From Camelus dromedarius (lineage: Eukaryota), in NCBI RefSeq assembly GCF_036321535.1, contig NC_087447.1, positions 46,936,001 through 47,000,000 on the forward strand: DNA of 64,000 bases, read 5' to 3'. This document shows, piece after piece, positions 1 through 13,692 of the stretch; within the stretch, counting starts at the first letter, position 1; every line of letters begins with the position of its first letter. A program made the position numbers and the translations under genes. A model generated the notes under the pieces. The model worked only from the letters and a program-made list of their open reading frames with translations. It had not been told where the DNA came from and searched no databases.

Positions 1-1879
1 AGATGAAAAACTGTTTAGGAAACTTCATTTCTTACTTATACAAGTTTATTTTCCTTGTTCTCTAAACCAATGAAGCAATACAAAGTTAGATAAAAAACAA
101 AATTAGTAATCTCTGAGCCCTTCCATCCCCCTCCAAGCCCTCCCAAAAAGAAATGTTAGCAGATTTTTCTATGCTCCAAAAAACATAAGCACAAATATAT
201 TTTTAATTTAGGAGAACTTTTTGTTTCCTATTTTTAAATAACTAGGTTTACACATTAACATTACTCTGCAACCTGTTTTTCTCAGTAATTTACCATGAAC
301 ATCCCCCCAAAGGTCAGTAAATAAAATTCTAACTCATACTTTTAAAAATTGTATAAATAACAGTTCATATAAAGGATATATCATAATGTGTTCACATGTT
401 TTCCTATTGATGGACATGGCTACTTCCAATCTGTTACCACTTCAAACAATGCTGTAATGAATATCCTTATACATCATTTCTTTTTAAACAAAAGAAAAAA
501 AAATCTCTACACACACACACACACACTTTCCTTGTTGTCCCATGTTTTGATTGCTTCCTTTCCTATCATCATCCCTGCCTTGCTTGCTCACAGAATTTTT
601 CTCAGAGCCCGGTGTGATAATCGAGAACAAAGCAATCTGGAGAAGGTCAAGACAGGACATGTGATAGTTACTGTTGGTAAATTAGAATTGGCCTGTTTGG
701 CTGCCTCTCCCAGCCACCTGCACATAGTGCCCACCCACCGCCTCATACATGTGCTCCTTGTTCTTGTCTCAGCAGCTGCTTCCAACTCAACTGATGTGGG
801 CTGAGCTGGCTTGGGGAATTAATCCCACTTTGTCACACTCCTGACCCTGACAAGTGCAGACAGGCCAATCAGTTAGTCAAACAAATAGGAAGGAGAAAGG
901 GTACATTATTATGAAATAATATAATAGAGAAGTACATAGAGTAAAAATGAAAACTCCCCGTTCACCAAACTTTAACCCACAGTTGCCAATGGCACTCCTC
1001 AGAGGTACCATTGTTATGTTTGTTGTATAGCCTTTCAGACTTCTCCTAAACATGCATACATACAAAAATGTATAGGTATATATACATGCATGTATAGAGA
1101 TACATGTGGATATGTGTATATACACATATATGCAGATACACGTGTGTGTCGATAAAGAGTGTGTATGTGTTTGGTCTACATACCGGTAGCCATACTGTAT
1201 AATTTGTTCTGCAACTTGACTTTTTCACTTAAAAATTTTACATGTTTCCATATTAGTATATAATAGATTCTAGTATGTAATAGATTCCTCATACTTTTAA
1301 GAGCTCAAGAAAAATGCCACAGTAAGATCATGCCACTACTTTATTTTCCCATTTTGCTATATTTGGATATTTAGGTTGCTCATAGTGTTTTGTCATGACA
1401 AAGAATGCTACATTGATAATACTGGTGAACCTCTTTTTACATACAAGCGAATATTTCTCTAGGATATACACCAATAATCGGAATTGATGAAGTTTGTGAA
1501 TGTTAAATGTTGACAGGTATTCCCAAATTGCCATTCAAAAAGGTGTACTAATTTATAGTCCCACCAACAGAGAATAAAAAATCCCTTTTTTACACCCTTC
1601 CAACAACAGGTGTTATTTTTTATTTTACCAATATGAAGGATAGAAAATAATATATTTTACTTTAATTTACATTTTCCTGATTTCCAGAAAAGTTAAATAT
1701 TCATATGTGTAATTGGTCATTCTTAATTTTAATGGAAAGTTTTACCATTTTGATTTTAAACATAAGAACTCAGAGAGGCTAAGGTAACCCAGCTAGTTAA
1801 GTAGTAGCCATCAAAGCTACATTTTTAAAAAACTTCCCAAAGCCAGGCCCTCTGACTATCTAATGTATTTTCCACAACC

Positions 1880-2068
1880 CAGGGGTCAAAAAACTATGGC
1901 CTGCGGACCAGCTGCCCATATTTTGTAAATCAAGTTTTACTAGAATACAGCCATGCGCATTCACTTATGTATTATCTATGACTACTCTAGATCACCAATG
2001 GCAGAGGTGAGGAGCTGTGACAACATGCCCTACAAAACCTAAAAGATTTACTACCTGGGTCTAAACAA
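1880..2068. mobile_element. MER58A-like hAT-Charlie DNA transposon remnant
   Basis: Begins CAGGGGTC..AAACTATGGCCTGCGG, with internal GTAAATCAAGTTTTACTAGAATACAGCCATGC typical of MER58. Family assigned from memory. Confidence 0.7.
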
Positions 2069-2774
2069 AACAATAACTCACATTTAACACCTAAAGAAAA
2101 GTTTCATAATAGAGATTAATTATTGTCCAATAGTGTAGCTGTATTAGAGACTGTGGCTCATTTTAAAATAAATTTATATGCATTATAGAACTGGTATATA
2201 ATATTGAAGAAAAAAAAGTCCAAAACACTCAAAAGAAGTCAAAAGATATTCTTCTACTTCTTGGCTGGGACCTTACTCTAAACGGTTTCCTATTCTCCAT
2301 CGTCCTCGTCTCTTTAATTTCAACTGAGGAGAAACCGATCTGGTTCCCAATGTCCTTCCTTGACTTTGATGAGCAATATAGCTCCCATTCACACACTACA
2401 ATGAAAATATAAAATCGAAGCAAGCCCCACTATGTCTGCTGTTAAACACCCCCCAACACATACACATACATATACACACACACACATTACAGGTATCACT
2501 CCTCTTTTCTTTGTAGAGAGAAGATGCACCAGGAAGCAGCTAACATTTCCAATATGTCTAAGAGCCAGGACCCTGATCTTTATGGGAAAGGAGGGCCAAT
2601 TCTCTCCCTCTAGATCCTACCCTTCTGAAGATCCCGCCCACAAAAGTTAGTAATTTCTCCCAGGAGTTTTAGGCCATTCAGTGCATTTCCTCATACAACC
2701 AAGAAGGCATTCTAAACGGTTCTCTGGAAAGAAACTTGCCAATATATATTAAGAACCTAAAACATGTTCATAAG

Positions 2775-3105
2775 CAAACATCATGCTAAGTGAAACAAAC
2801 CAGACATAAAAGGACAAAAATTGTATGATCCCATTTATGTGGTACCTAGAATGGGCAAATTCATAGAGACATTAAGTAGAATAGAGGTTACCAGGGGCTG
2901 GGGGAGGAAGAAATGGCAGTTATTGTATAATGGGTAGAGAGTTTCTGTTTGGGATGGTAAAATGTCCTGAAAATGAATAGTGTGATGATTGTACAACATT
3001 GTGAATATACTTAATGCTACTGAATTGTACACTTAATTGTGAATTTAACACTTTAAAATGGTTAAAATGGTAAATTTTATTATGCATATTTTATCAAAAA
3101 AATTT
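2775..3105 (+). mobile_element. L1MB-type LINE-1 3' end fragment
   Basis: ATGCTAAGTGAA...GGCAAATTCATAGAGAC...AATGCTACTGAATTGTACACTTAA is the typical L1MB/L1MA 3' UTR. Confidence 0.75.
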
Positions 3106-6100
3106 TAAGTGGGATTCCTAAAAAAAAAAAAGTTTATGGTCTTTCATCAATTCTAATCACAGCAATAAAAGTTTTGGAAATAATCCAAAATATAAACACA
3201 AATATATACATACTAACAGAATTATCATCATGAAAAACTGGAGAAAAAGTACATATCTAACAATAACTCAAGTAAATTATGATATATCCATATGAGGAAG
3301 TCTTATGCAGTCATTAAAAATATTTTGAATAATTTTAATAACATGGGGAAATGTTGAATTTAAAAAGCAGGACATATAGCTTTAGTGTGATATGACCATT
3401 TATTTTTTTAAACTACATATACAAATGTGTGTGTCATATATACACACACACCTGCATACTTGTGTTAATATGTGTGTATATTTATAAGGAAATATATCAA
3501 ATAACGTTTATTTCTGAGGCACAGAATTACAGGTCACTTCTTTCTCCCTTAAAACCTTATTTTTCATGTTTTCTAAACCGTACCATGACATACAATCAGG
3601 AAAAAAAAATTAATGTCACATCATTTGCCCCAGTAATTCACTTACAGACATATAAGAAAATAACCAAAAACACTGGCCCAAAGCATATGCATAATAATGT
3701 TCATGCAAAGATATACCAGAAATTAATAATAAATATTAATAAAAACTATTAATAATTGTTACCTCTGCAGAGTAGGATTAGAATAAAGGGTGAAGTGCAA
3801 AGGGACTTATTTCCTACAATGAATATATACTATTTTTCAATCAGTTCAGAAAAAATGTTCTTCGTTTCCACTAAATAATGAAAAGCCCACCCCTTATGAT
3901 GAGTTTTATTCTCAAAGAATTAGCAGCAGTAAGTCACCCACTAACAAGACTGCTTAATGTATATGCCTAAGAAAATCTTCATCTATAAGTGGGTAGGGAA
4001 AGCTCAACCTAAAGGGACATTGCTGACTACTTCCTGCCTTCTTCCTTTTGGAGGTGCTTTAGTAAACATAACTAAAGAATCAAGTATCCAAACATTAAAC
4101 ACCTGACAAACTTTATACTCTAAGAACAACGACTGCCACCTTCTCGACTCTGAAATCTAAGACCTTACACATGAAAACCAGACCAAGACCTAAATCATAC
4201 GGATTGGATCATGTTTTTCTTTATCAGAAACACTCAACAGCTAACTTCACACAGAATAAAACCCAACTCCCTTAGTATGATGCTTAAGGTTCTTTAAGAT
4301 CCAACCATCAAACTTCTCTTCCAGACTCATCTCCAGCTCATTCCTCTAAAATACCTTCTATCTCAGGAACACTTTTCCCAGACATCCCAGGCATTTTCCA
4401 GGCTTTGTGCCATTGCCCATGCCATGACTTCCTCCAAAATGCTCTTTCTTCTAAACTTAGTGAACTCCAATTCACCCTTTATAAATTGGCTCAAATGCTT
4501 TCTCCCTTCAAAAGCTCTCCTTGTTCCTCCCAATTTAGGAACAACTGTTGTTTCCTTTACATTCTCCTATACTGCTTGTTCCTCTACACACTTTATTTCA
4601 TTCCTCTTTCAACACTAGCTGCGTATATGTTTCACTTGACTAAGCTGTTGGAGGGCAGAAACCATCTTATTCACCTATCAGCTCCTTTCCAACACAATGC
4701 TTGCACACGGAAGGTGATAAATAATGCTGCCCAACTGAAAGACAGTCAAATGGCCCCAATCTAGTGAATTCTTTCAGTGAGTCAGCCAGTGAAGCCAAAC
4801 TGTCAAAGAGGACAATCCCTCTAATTTAAAGCCATATACCTAGCATGAGTGACCAGCAGAAAATGTCATGGGCTTGCCACTTTAAGGGGACTGGCAAGCT
4901 GTGTTTACACAATTTTAATTAAAACTTAAGGGCAATGAGGGAAAGAAGAGAAATAGAAAGATCAAGAAGTATGGATTCTTTCGGTCATCTCCTCCTCTGG
5001 AGCCCAAATCTCCCAGTCTAGTGCCCAGCAAGCTCACCAAGCAGCCTATTCTCTCCACTGTAGGATCCAAGTATTGAAAAGCAACTGATTAGGCCACTTT
5101 GTCTCTCTAGCAACTGGCTCTGCTCTTAGGCATTTAATTTCTAATTGTGGTCACATGGGGCTTTTTCCCTAAATGAATCCCACACTGCACCAATTATTAA
5201 GAGAATCTCTTTAAAGAAAGGCTAGAAATTAACAACAGCAGGGAACAAAGTCTCTAAACCTTCTAAATCACAATATCTACCCTGTCCATTTTGATGAAAT
5301 TCACCCCCACCTCCTTCAAACAATAAGCCCTACCAGGGAATGACTTCTCTCAAGACCAGCATGTCCTGTGATTGTTTTTCAGGAGAAAGCTCCCAAAGCC
5401 TGCTTCTCATTAAACAGCTGCTTCATGTTAGATCACTCAGCTGTGACTGCAAGAAGAGAGTATAGTCACTATAACTTAAGGGCTAAAAAGGAATTCCACT
5501 CCTACTCCTAGTATAATAGTCAAGCAGTTTAGAACAGATATTTTCCTACCTCAAACCTCCTTAGGTCAACCTGTTTTCAGGTCTAGAACTTTTAATATCT
5601 AACTCTTCCGATATTAAAATGAAGAAAATATGGCCTTAAGAAAGAATTGCAAATCATCACAGAGTGACTAGAATCTTTTGACTAGGCTGCCTAACACCTT
5701 ATTTTCCTGACTAGTTATCAATAAAACCACCACTTCCAGGAACAGATTCCAGGGTACCACAAACAGCCTAATTTAAATGCATTTGAAATAATCCTTCTGC
5801 CTTGACCCCCCTCTCCATCTCCACCCTTTCTCAAACTCAAACTGATGACCAAAACAAACAGAACAAAAAAACTATTAAGTAGCTTGATATATCATTTCTC
5901 CTACAAAAGACTGGAGCCACCAAAATCATCTGCTTCAGCCATACCACCTGGGACCATCCTGATCGTCTCTGGCATGCTGCTGAGCAGTGGCTGCTGCAGC
6001 CTGAAAAACTTGTGGCTGTGAGTTTTCTGGAGACGGGACTGCAGCAGCTCCCCTCAGCTACCATGTTCTACAGTAGCACGTTCCAACCCTTTGTGGCTCT

Positions 6101-7271
6101 TAGCACTTTTGTGATTTGGGAGGACTACCATGAGAAAGGCTCATTTTCTCCAATATCTGGTCACCTTGCCGTAGAAGCAAGCATGCACACAGTGAGCATA
6201 AAGGAAGGAACACCTTTTTAAACAAACATTTCCAATCTTGTTAAATCAAATGAAAACTGTAATCAAAATAGTCTCCTAAAATATAAAACACTCCCAAAGT
6301 CTACTCCATGTGAGACACAAACAAAAATTAAGTCTTACTGTTTTATAGTGACACCTCATTCTTCACCAAAAAAGGTAGGTACTGCTTACTTTACTCTTTG
6401 GCTCACAATATCTTCTGGCAGTTTCCAAAAATCATGAAGATTCGCTGCCTCTCAGAATATTCAAAAGATTGTCTTAGAGGCCAAAAATGTTTTGAACACT
6501 GGCAGCATCACCAGAATAAATGTAAAGGCTGAGAACACATCTACTTTGAAGCAAACTTACAAATATTGTAATTGTCCCAAAGTTACCATGAAGGGGACAA
6601 GGCATGTGCAATGTATGTCATATGTCTTAAAAATAAACTATTACACTAATTTATAATCACACATTATATAATCGTTAAGTTTGGGCCCTGGAAGAAATCT
6701 TTCAGATCATGTAATCCAAACAGTTCATTTTTACATATGAGAAAACTCTAGTCCACTGGAGTTAAGCGGTTGTCCCTGGTCACACAGCTGATTAGCAGTA
6801 TCAGGACTAGCAACCTAGTTGCCCTGACTCCCAGCATAAGCCACAAATCCTAATCCACGCACCTCCCTCTTCCTGTTCCTCACTGTTATTAGGGGAGATA
6901 ACTTGGTACACGAAAGCATACCAAGAATGGTTCTTAAACCCAGTAGCTGAGAAATGACAGCTTAAGACCAGGACTTCTCTGCAATCACTCCTATGGGTAT
7001 GAGCCATTGTTTCATGTCTGGTTCACAAGAGTTCTGGGTGATCTACCTCACAATGGGGGTCAGTGAAACCTTCGAGACACTCTCCCTACAACCAGAAGAA
7101 TATGTTTATTAAACATCTCTGCCCACCTCCTGTAGTAATCTGTTTATTTCAAGTAATTGAAAGATGGTTACTTTGAAGAACCTGGATCAAAGAAAAAGAA
7201 AGTAGCAGAGATCCTGTTCGGGAAAGAGCTGACCTCTGAAAATGCAGAGGGGAGGAACCATCTTGACTTAC

Positions 7272-7337
7272 CTCCTGGTAAACAGCTTTCTCAGGTTTGG
7301 ACAAAGCGATCCTGGCAATCTGGCTTAGAACTAGCCT
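7272..7337 (-). other. NUMA1: Probable NUMA1 non-coding exon 2 (5' UTR)
   Basis: Minus-strand donor CAGGAG|GTAAGT at 7272/7271, a polypyrimidine tract, and a TAG acceptor at 7340-7338. Resembles my recollection of human NUMA1 5'UTR exon 2 (TTCTAAGCCAGA...CCAGGAG). Confidence 0.65.
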
Positions 7338-8448
7338 CTACCCAGGGAAGGAGCAAAGGGACAGGAATGCTGTTCATTCCTTCATCACACCGACTTGTGG
7401 TCAGCTCAGCCTCACATCATCCTGGGCAGCCCCAGCGTTCTGTAGATCAGACAGCAACCAGAAGGGAAGCCATGCAACCTAGGTCAGTGGGGTGAGTCAG
7501 TGGCAGAGCAGGAAGAGTCACTTGGGCAGAAAGTCTGGCCTCCTGTGGCAAGACAACCAAACCACACCCTAACTTGGTCAGCACTAGGAAGGCTCTGCCC
7601 TACTAAGATTCCAGTCTCTAAACCAGGGAAGGTCCTTCCTCAGGAGGCTCCATACCACTCTTATTTCCAAGTGTCTTCCTTCCACCCAAAAACCTTCCAT
7701 TGCTTTCTTCCTAAAGCATTGTATCTAAATTCTTTGGCTTAACTTTCCAAGAGCTCCATTATACTGTCTCAAGTCATTTATTCAACCTTATTTCCCACTG
7801 TTCCACAGTGTACACTCTGAAGTAATCAAGCCAGTCTTCCCACTTCTTTCCACATGAGCCAAGCCCTTTCTCATCTCCATGCCTTCAGTTATTCAGCAAT
7901 AGTAAATTCAAGCTCCTTCAGGGGTTAGGTAGGTAATAGAAATCAATGTTGCAGCAGGGCACGTGACAGAACTAATGAGTGTTGCCTCCACCTAAAGGCA
8001 TTCAAATATTTTAATTCAAATACTTGTGCAATATTTCACTATGAACATCACAGTAACATTTTAAAGAGTTATCAATACTCCTTCTAGCTTGCATGTAAGG
8101 TTAGGCAGCTGGCAAAATGCTGAGTACAATCTCTAGGCCTGTCTGAAACTAAAGCAAGCTATTAGGCTTCCCAGTAGTACAACCACCACGGAAGATACAG
8201 AGCTCTAAACTCTGAAGAGGAAATTAACTTTTCTTGATATATAACCTTAGCAGTGGGATGAGAAGCCCAAGCAGCAGCTTAGCTAACCATACCCCTATTA
8301 CCTCAAATTCTGTTCATTTTCCAAACTCCATCTTCCTACCAAAGTCTTTCCTAGTTCTTCGAGGTCCTACTGAGTTCCTCCTTCTCTCAATTTTTATAGG
8401 GCTTACAGATTAGAAAACATAATCAAGTGCTAAATTATATACTGTCAT

Positions 8449-8540
8449 GGGGAGGGGGTATAGCTCAGTGGTAGGGCACATGCTCAGCAAGCACGAGGTC
8501 CCAGGTTCAATCCCCAGTACCTTCATTAAAAATAAATAAA
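8449..8540 (+). mobile_element. tRNA-derived SINE (camelid Vic-type)
   Basis: GGGGAGGGGGTATAGCTCAGTGG head with A/B boxes (GGTTCAATCCC), A-rich tail, and target-site duplication TAAATTATATACTGTCAT / TAAATAATACACTGTCAT. Confidence 0.85.
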
Positions 8541-8719
8541 TAAATAATACACTGTCATGCAAAACTGAATACTGCTTCCATGTTTTCTGACTTCACTATC
8601 AAACTACTGTATTAACATATAGTTATACCAAAAATGTTTAACCTGAATCTAATTAGGAGAAAATAGTCACACAAGTCCAATTTTAAGAGACATTCTGCAA
8701 AAAACTAGCCTGAACTCTA

Positions 8720-8871
8720 GCGGGGAGGGTACAGCTTGAGTTGTAGAGCACATGCTTAGTGTGCACAATGTCCTGGGTTCAATCCCCCGTACTGCCTCTA
8801 AAAATAAGTAAATAAACCTAATTACTCTTCCCCTTACGCCCCCTAAAAAAAATTAAAGAGAAAAAAAACCC
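8720..8871 (+). mobile_element. tRNA-derived SINE (camelid Vic-type, longer tail variant)
   Basis: tRNA-like head with AAATAAACCTAATTAC tail, flanked by TSD ACTAGCCTGAACTCTA / ACTAACCTGAACTCTA. Confidence 0.85.
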
Positions 8872-10384
8872 ACTAACCTGAACTCTAAAGAATGTCAAGG
8901 CTATAAAAGACAAAAACGCATTCAAGGTTAAAAGATATTTAAAAACTGTTCAAAGTTAAAGCTGATTAAGGACATGACAACTAATGCACACATGACCTTT
9001 CAATGGACCCTGAACTGAAAAAAAGTCAAAGACAGACATCATTGAAAAATTAGAGAAATCTGAACAAGTATTGTATATCTGATGTACTGAATTTCTAGGT
9101 ACTGATTTTATTGTGGTTATCATAGGAAGATATTCTTATTTTTTTAGGAAATACTTGCTGAAATATTTAGGGATGAAGTACCATGATGTACACACCTAAC
9201 AGTCAAAAAGTTCAGAAAATGAAGGATAGGGACCAAAAATGGCAAAATGTTAACAACTAGAGATTCTAGGTAAAGATCATATAATAAGCATTTGTAATAT
9301 TATTCCTGTAAAGTATCTGTAGGTTTGAACAGCTGGGGAGTAGGGAAATCCTATATTATACATACAAAATTTAAATACTCAGCTCTGTGAGAGGTGTATT
9401 AGGCACTTGCTATGTATTTGCTCACAGCCTAAGGAAACTGGGCTTTGGGGGTCAGCAACCAGAGTCCATTTTGCAGCAGTTCATGAGGGGTACAGTGGCA
9501 AACTATAAGGGAACAAGAGGTTTCCCTCAAATTCACATCGTAACAGCACAGGAAAGATAGAAGAGTAGGCAATCAAAGCTATTGTTACCTCGCCCCTCAC
9601 TGAGACTACCCAGCAGTTAGGCACTCAACAAATGCTCTCTTACAGGGCAGAATGCAGTTGCTGCCCACACACAGGACCAAGAGCTGAGGTCACAATGCAC
9701 CCAGCTTGCCACAGAGTACCAAAAACTTGACAGCCTGCAAAGGAAGTGTCTCAGGCCAGTCACAGTAAGGCACTCAGGAGGTCAAATAAATAAGCCTGAA
9801 ATATATGCAGTCTACTCCTCACCAGACAAACCAGTCCTTAGCTGCAATAAGGCAGAAGAAATCTGTAAGGCTAAATCACTGGCATTTCCTGCACTGGCTT
9901 CAAAGAAACTGGTCCTTAAAGAGGACAGAAAGGGCAGTTGACACAGCTGTTAACAGGGGCCTCAACCCAGGAGTATGCTGTGCAATATGCCCTCTCTCCC
10001 TTCTATGGCCACAAGGTCATTTTACTTCTGCCAAGTGGTCCCTTATTAGGGCAACTGACTGCCAATGGTCAACTCTCAACCTTGACTCTCTCCTCCCCTC
10101 ATTGACAGCCAAGATTCTGCCATTTCCAGATAATTCCTCCACCAATTTAGTAGAAGAAATAGTCAAAACTATCCCCCCCAAATCTCCATTATCTGAAGTA
10201 AAATCTCTAGTAACATACAGTTTGCTTCTCAAACCTATCTTGTTTAGCATTTTTACCAAAGACAGAATGAAAATATGTAAGGCTCTGCTTGTTAATTTCA
10301 GAATTATAAACTGTGAAGAAAAGAAAATACAATGTTTTTAGATTTGATCTGGCAAAAACATCTTAGCAGGTTTGATGTTACCAA

Positions 10385-10920
10385 AAAGAACCAAGACAAA
10401 ATTTAACAGGACTAAATACAAAGCCCTGCATTTAGACTAAATCAGCCAAACTAATACACAATGGTAGAGACCTTGTAGAGCAGGTCATATTAAAAAGGTT
10501 GCCTTTGGGGGAAGAAAAAAGGCTGCCTATGGTGGGAGGTGGAGGGAAGGCTGTTACTATGTACACTCTCACATGAACCATGAATCTGACAGACCTACCC
10601 CAAACATCAGCATGGCTCAGGCTGTGTTAGTAGAAGACGACTTTGTGCCCCACCTTTGAAAAGCAAAGTCGGTGTACATGCAGAGGAAGAACGACAACCA
10701 CTGTGGTAAAGGGTCTGAAAGCTATGTCATGGCAAATGTGAGGGGAGAACTATAGATACTATGCCAGGGAAAACATGACAACTTTTTTCAAATATATGCA
10801 TGCTTTTCATGCAGATGAGGAGGAAGACTTACGTGTCCTCTTGAAAGAAGACAAAACCAGAAATACTGAGTGGAAGTTAGAGGATAGATTTCGGTTTGAT
10901 GTACGGAAGAACTTTCAGCA
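10385..10920 (+). mobile_element. Ancient CR1/L3 LINE fragment
   Basis: AAATTTAACAGGACTAAATACAAAGCCCTGCATTTAG and AGATTTCGGTTTGATGTACGGAAGAACTTTC resemble the CR1/L3 3' region. Highly diverged. Confidence 0.55.
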
Positions 10921-11255
10921 CAATAAAGAAATTAGGAATGTGGGTTATGGAACCCAAAATACTTGGATTAGAACACCAACTCCACCACCTGGAAACTGTA
11001 TGGTTTGGGGTAGATTAACTTGCAGTAATAATAACAGTACTTACCTCATAAAGCTTTGGGAAGCAGTTCATGCAAAGTGCTTAGAGCAGTGCCTGGCTCA
11101 GAGTATATGCTGAAAAAAAAAAAGAAAGTCAGCTATTGCTATTACTGACTGTTGATATAATGGACCAGATAACCTGAAAATCTTCCTACTAAATATGCCT
11201 GGAAATGCTTAGAAAAATATAATAAAAATCCTCTTAGTCTTGCTAGTTAAGTTAC

Positions 11256-11810
11256 TGTCTCTCAGCTCCTCACCCACCCTGTTATGCTCTGCTCTGTGAT
11301 GCTGGGACTTGGACTCTGTCAACACCATTTCACCTTTGCTAGCTGGCTCCCTATTAGGGTCTGCCAATAGCAGGTGCTGAATGGGAAATGGAAGGTAGGA
11401 GGAGGCTACTAGGGACTTCCTCCTTCCTCTGGCTTGCTATTTCTTGACAGCAGCAGTTGGTTCCTTCCTGCTTCTGTTTAAACTCCCCTCTCAGAGGTAC
11501 CAGCACCAGCAGGGCAGGGCTCAACCAAACCTGGCTCCTCCAGGCGCCTCTTGTGAGCACCTGAGAAACCAGCAGCACCAGGCAACACACTCTCCTCAGA
11601 AAATCAGGGCACAGTTCCTCCAGATCCCTCCAGATTTCTAGGTTCTGACAACCTCAACCTTCTTCCCTTTGTTTTTCAGTCCTGGCTGAGGCAGCAGCTT
11701 AATGCAGTTATTATATCAAAGGTTTAAACTAAATCCCTCTACTGAGTTCACTCTATTAAAATAGCTGTGTGTGATTTCTATTTTTCTGATAGGATCCTAA
11801 CCGACATACA
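11256..11810. mobile_element. Old ERVL-type solo LTR
   Basis: GC-richer block within AT-rich flanks, ending ATTAAA...TTTCTATTTTTCTGATAGGATCCTAACCGACATACA, as in LTR33/LTR41-class ends. Confidence 0.5.
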
Positions 11811-12239
11811 GATAAAGTGAACTCATAAGAAACTAGGAGAAATCCTAGGAAACAGAAACAAAGAAGCTGAAAATTGGATAGCTGTCCTAGCAGTGTAAGA
11901 AATTTATGACCTCCTCATAGTCCAGGAGACAGATCTTGAGCCCATAAAAAGCAACTGAGAGCCCTGTATGAATGCTGGGATCCTCAGCAAAAAGACAGAC
12001 TATGGAAAAAAAATCTGTCCACAAGTAAATAAGGAAGGTTGCCTTGCTCGCCTAGTGAAGTGGGAGGAAAAAACTTCCTAGGAATTAAAAAACATAGGTG
12101 CATAAAAGAGGTGGATTTGGGGTTAAAAATTTATACTAAGCCTATGGCCTGTAAATCTGTAAGTAGAGAAAAAGTAGACATTTTAATCCCAGGTTGAGAA
12201 TAGCCTTGAGTTCCCAGCAGGGGCAAATACAAAGTTGCT

Positions 12240-13010
12240 GCAGAAGATACACAAATGGTCAATAAATAAATGAAAAGATGTTTAACATCATCAGTCATCA
12301 GAAAAATGCAAATTAAAACCACAACGAGGTAATACTACACCACCTCCATGAGAATGGCTGAAATTAAAAAGACTGACACCACCAAATGCTAGTAAGAATA
12401 TAAAGGAACCAGAGCTCTCATATATTGCTATGGGAACATAAAATAGTACAATCACTTTGGAAAACTGGTAATTTCTTAAAAATTTAAAAACATACCTGCC
12501 ATAAGACCCAGACATTTCACTCCAAAAAGTACGGAAAATATATGTCCACTCAAAGATTTGTACATGATCTCACAGAAATTTTATTCACAATAGCCAAAAA
12601 CTGGAAACAACCCAAATGTCATCAGCAGTAAGTGATAAACAAGTGATATAGTCATACAAGGGACTACTACTTAGCAAGAGAAAGTAACAAATTACTGATG
12701 TGTGCACTAAATAGATAAATCTCAAATACATTACACTACCTGAAAGAAAGTAGACACCAGGGTACACACTGTATAATTTGACTTATATAAAATTCTAGAA
12801 AACATAAATTAATCTACAGTGGTTCCTGGGGACAAAGTGGAGAGAAAGAAGAACTGTAAAGAGGCATTAGGAAACTTTTGGGAGTGATGGGAATGCTCTG
12901 TATCTTGATTGGGCAGCTTTTTTTAAGTGTATAAATCCATCAAAACTCTTTTTACTTTAAATAAAGTTTATTCTACATAAATTATACCTAAGCACAGTTG
13001 ATTTTTTTTA
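12240..13010 (+). mobile_element. Old L1M (L1MC/ME-type) ORF2 end and 3' UTR fragment
   Basis: GAAAAGATGTTTAACATCATCAGTCATCAGAAAAATGCAAATTAAAACCACAA and CAATAGCCAAAAACTGGAAACAACCCAAATGTC are L1 hallmarks. Confidence 0.75.
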
Positions 13011-13173
13011 AGTTGCTTTTAGAGAACTGAACTCAACTCAAGCTACATAAGACTACCATAGATGATACTCCTTTGAGTATGAGCTCACAATCCAAACACT
13101 TGAGTAAACAATCCATCATGAGTAAGAGTCATTAAAACAAATGGCAGGATAATACCCCTAAAAACTTCAGATT

Positions 13174-13326
13174 GCGGGGTGGGTATAGCTCAGTGGTAGA
13201 GCACATGCCTAGCAAGCTCAAGTCCTAGGTTCAATCCCCAGTATCTCTATTAAAAAAAAAAATTTAAAAAAAAAAACCCTTTCATTATAAAAAAAAGAAA
13301 ATTTATTCAAAAATGAATAAAAATTA
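13174..13326 (+). mobile_element. tRNA-derived SINE (camelid Vic-type)
   Basis: GGGTATAGCTCAGTGGTAGAGC...GGTTCAATCCCCAGT head, long A-rich tail, TSD AAAACTTCAGAT at 13161 and 13327. Confidence 0.85.
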
Positions 13327-13692
13327 AAACTTCAGATAATTGAACAATAAAATAGACAAAGTTAAATTTACTTAAAATTATTATAGACACAAGATGAATT
13401 AAAAACACAAGACAAGAATAAGATCCTGTGAAAAACAGAGGCAGATTTGAAAATGAATCAAAGAGGACTTGTAGAAATGAAAAACTAAGCTAATGAAGAT
13501 AAGAGTGCAAAAAGTAAATTAGTTCTAGCTGAAGAGTAAGTCAGTATTCTAGAAGGTAAATTTAAATTATCCAGAGATAACATAGAAAGAGACAAAAGTT
13601 ACAAAAGAAAGAATAAGACGTGTGGAAGACAGAATTAGAAAGTTCAACATAAGTTATACATGAGATCAGGAGAGGCATTATTTAAAGAGGAA

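Noticed and set aside
388..804. 138-aa plus ORF and overlapping 65-aa minus ORF
   Set aside because: The plus ORF runs through L1-derived sequence and a CA microsatellite. Neither has a recognisable domain or splice structure.
8449..8540. tRNA-Ala-like genes (here and at the six other SINE copies)
   Set aside because: A-rich tails, TSDs and degenerate stems identify them as SINEs, not tRNA genes.
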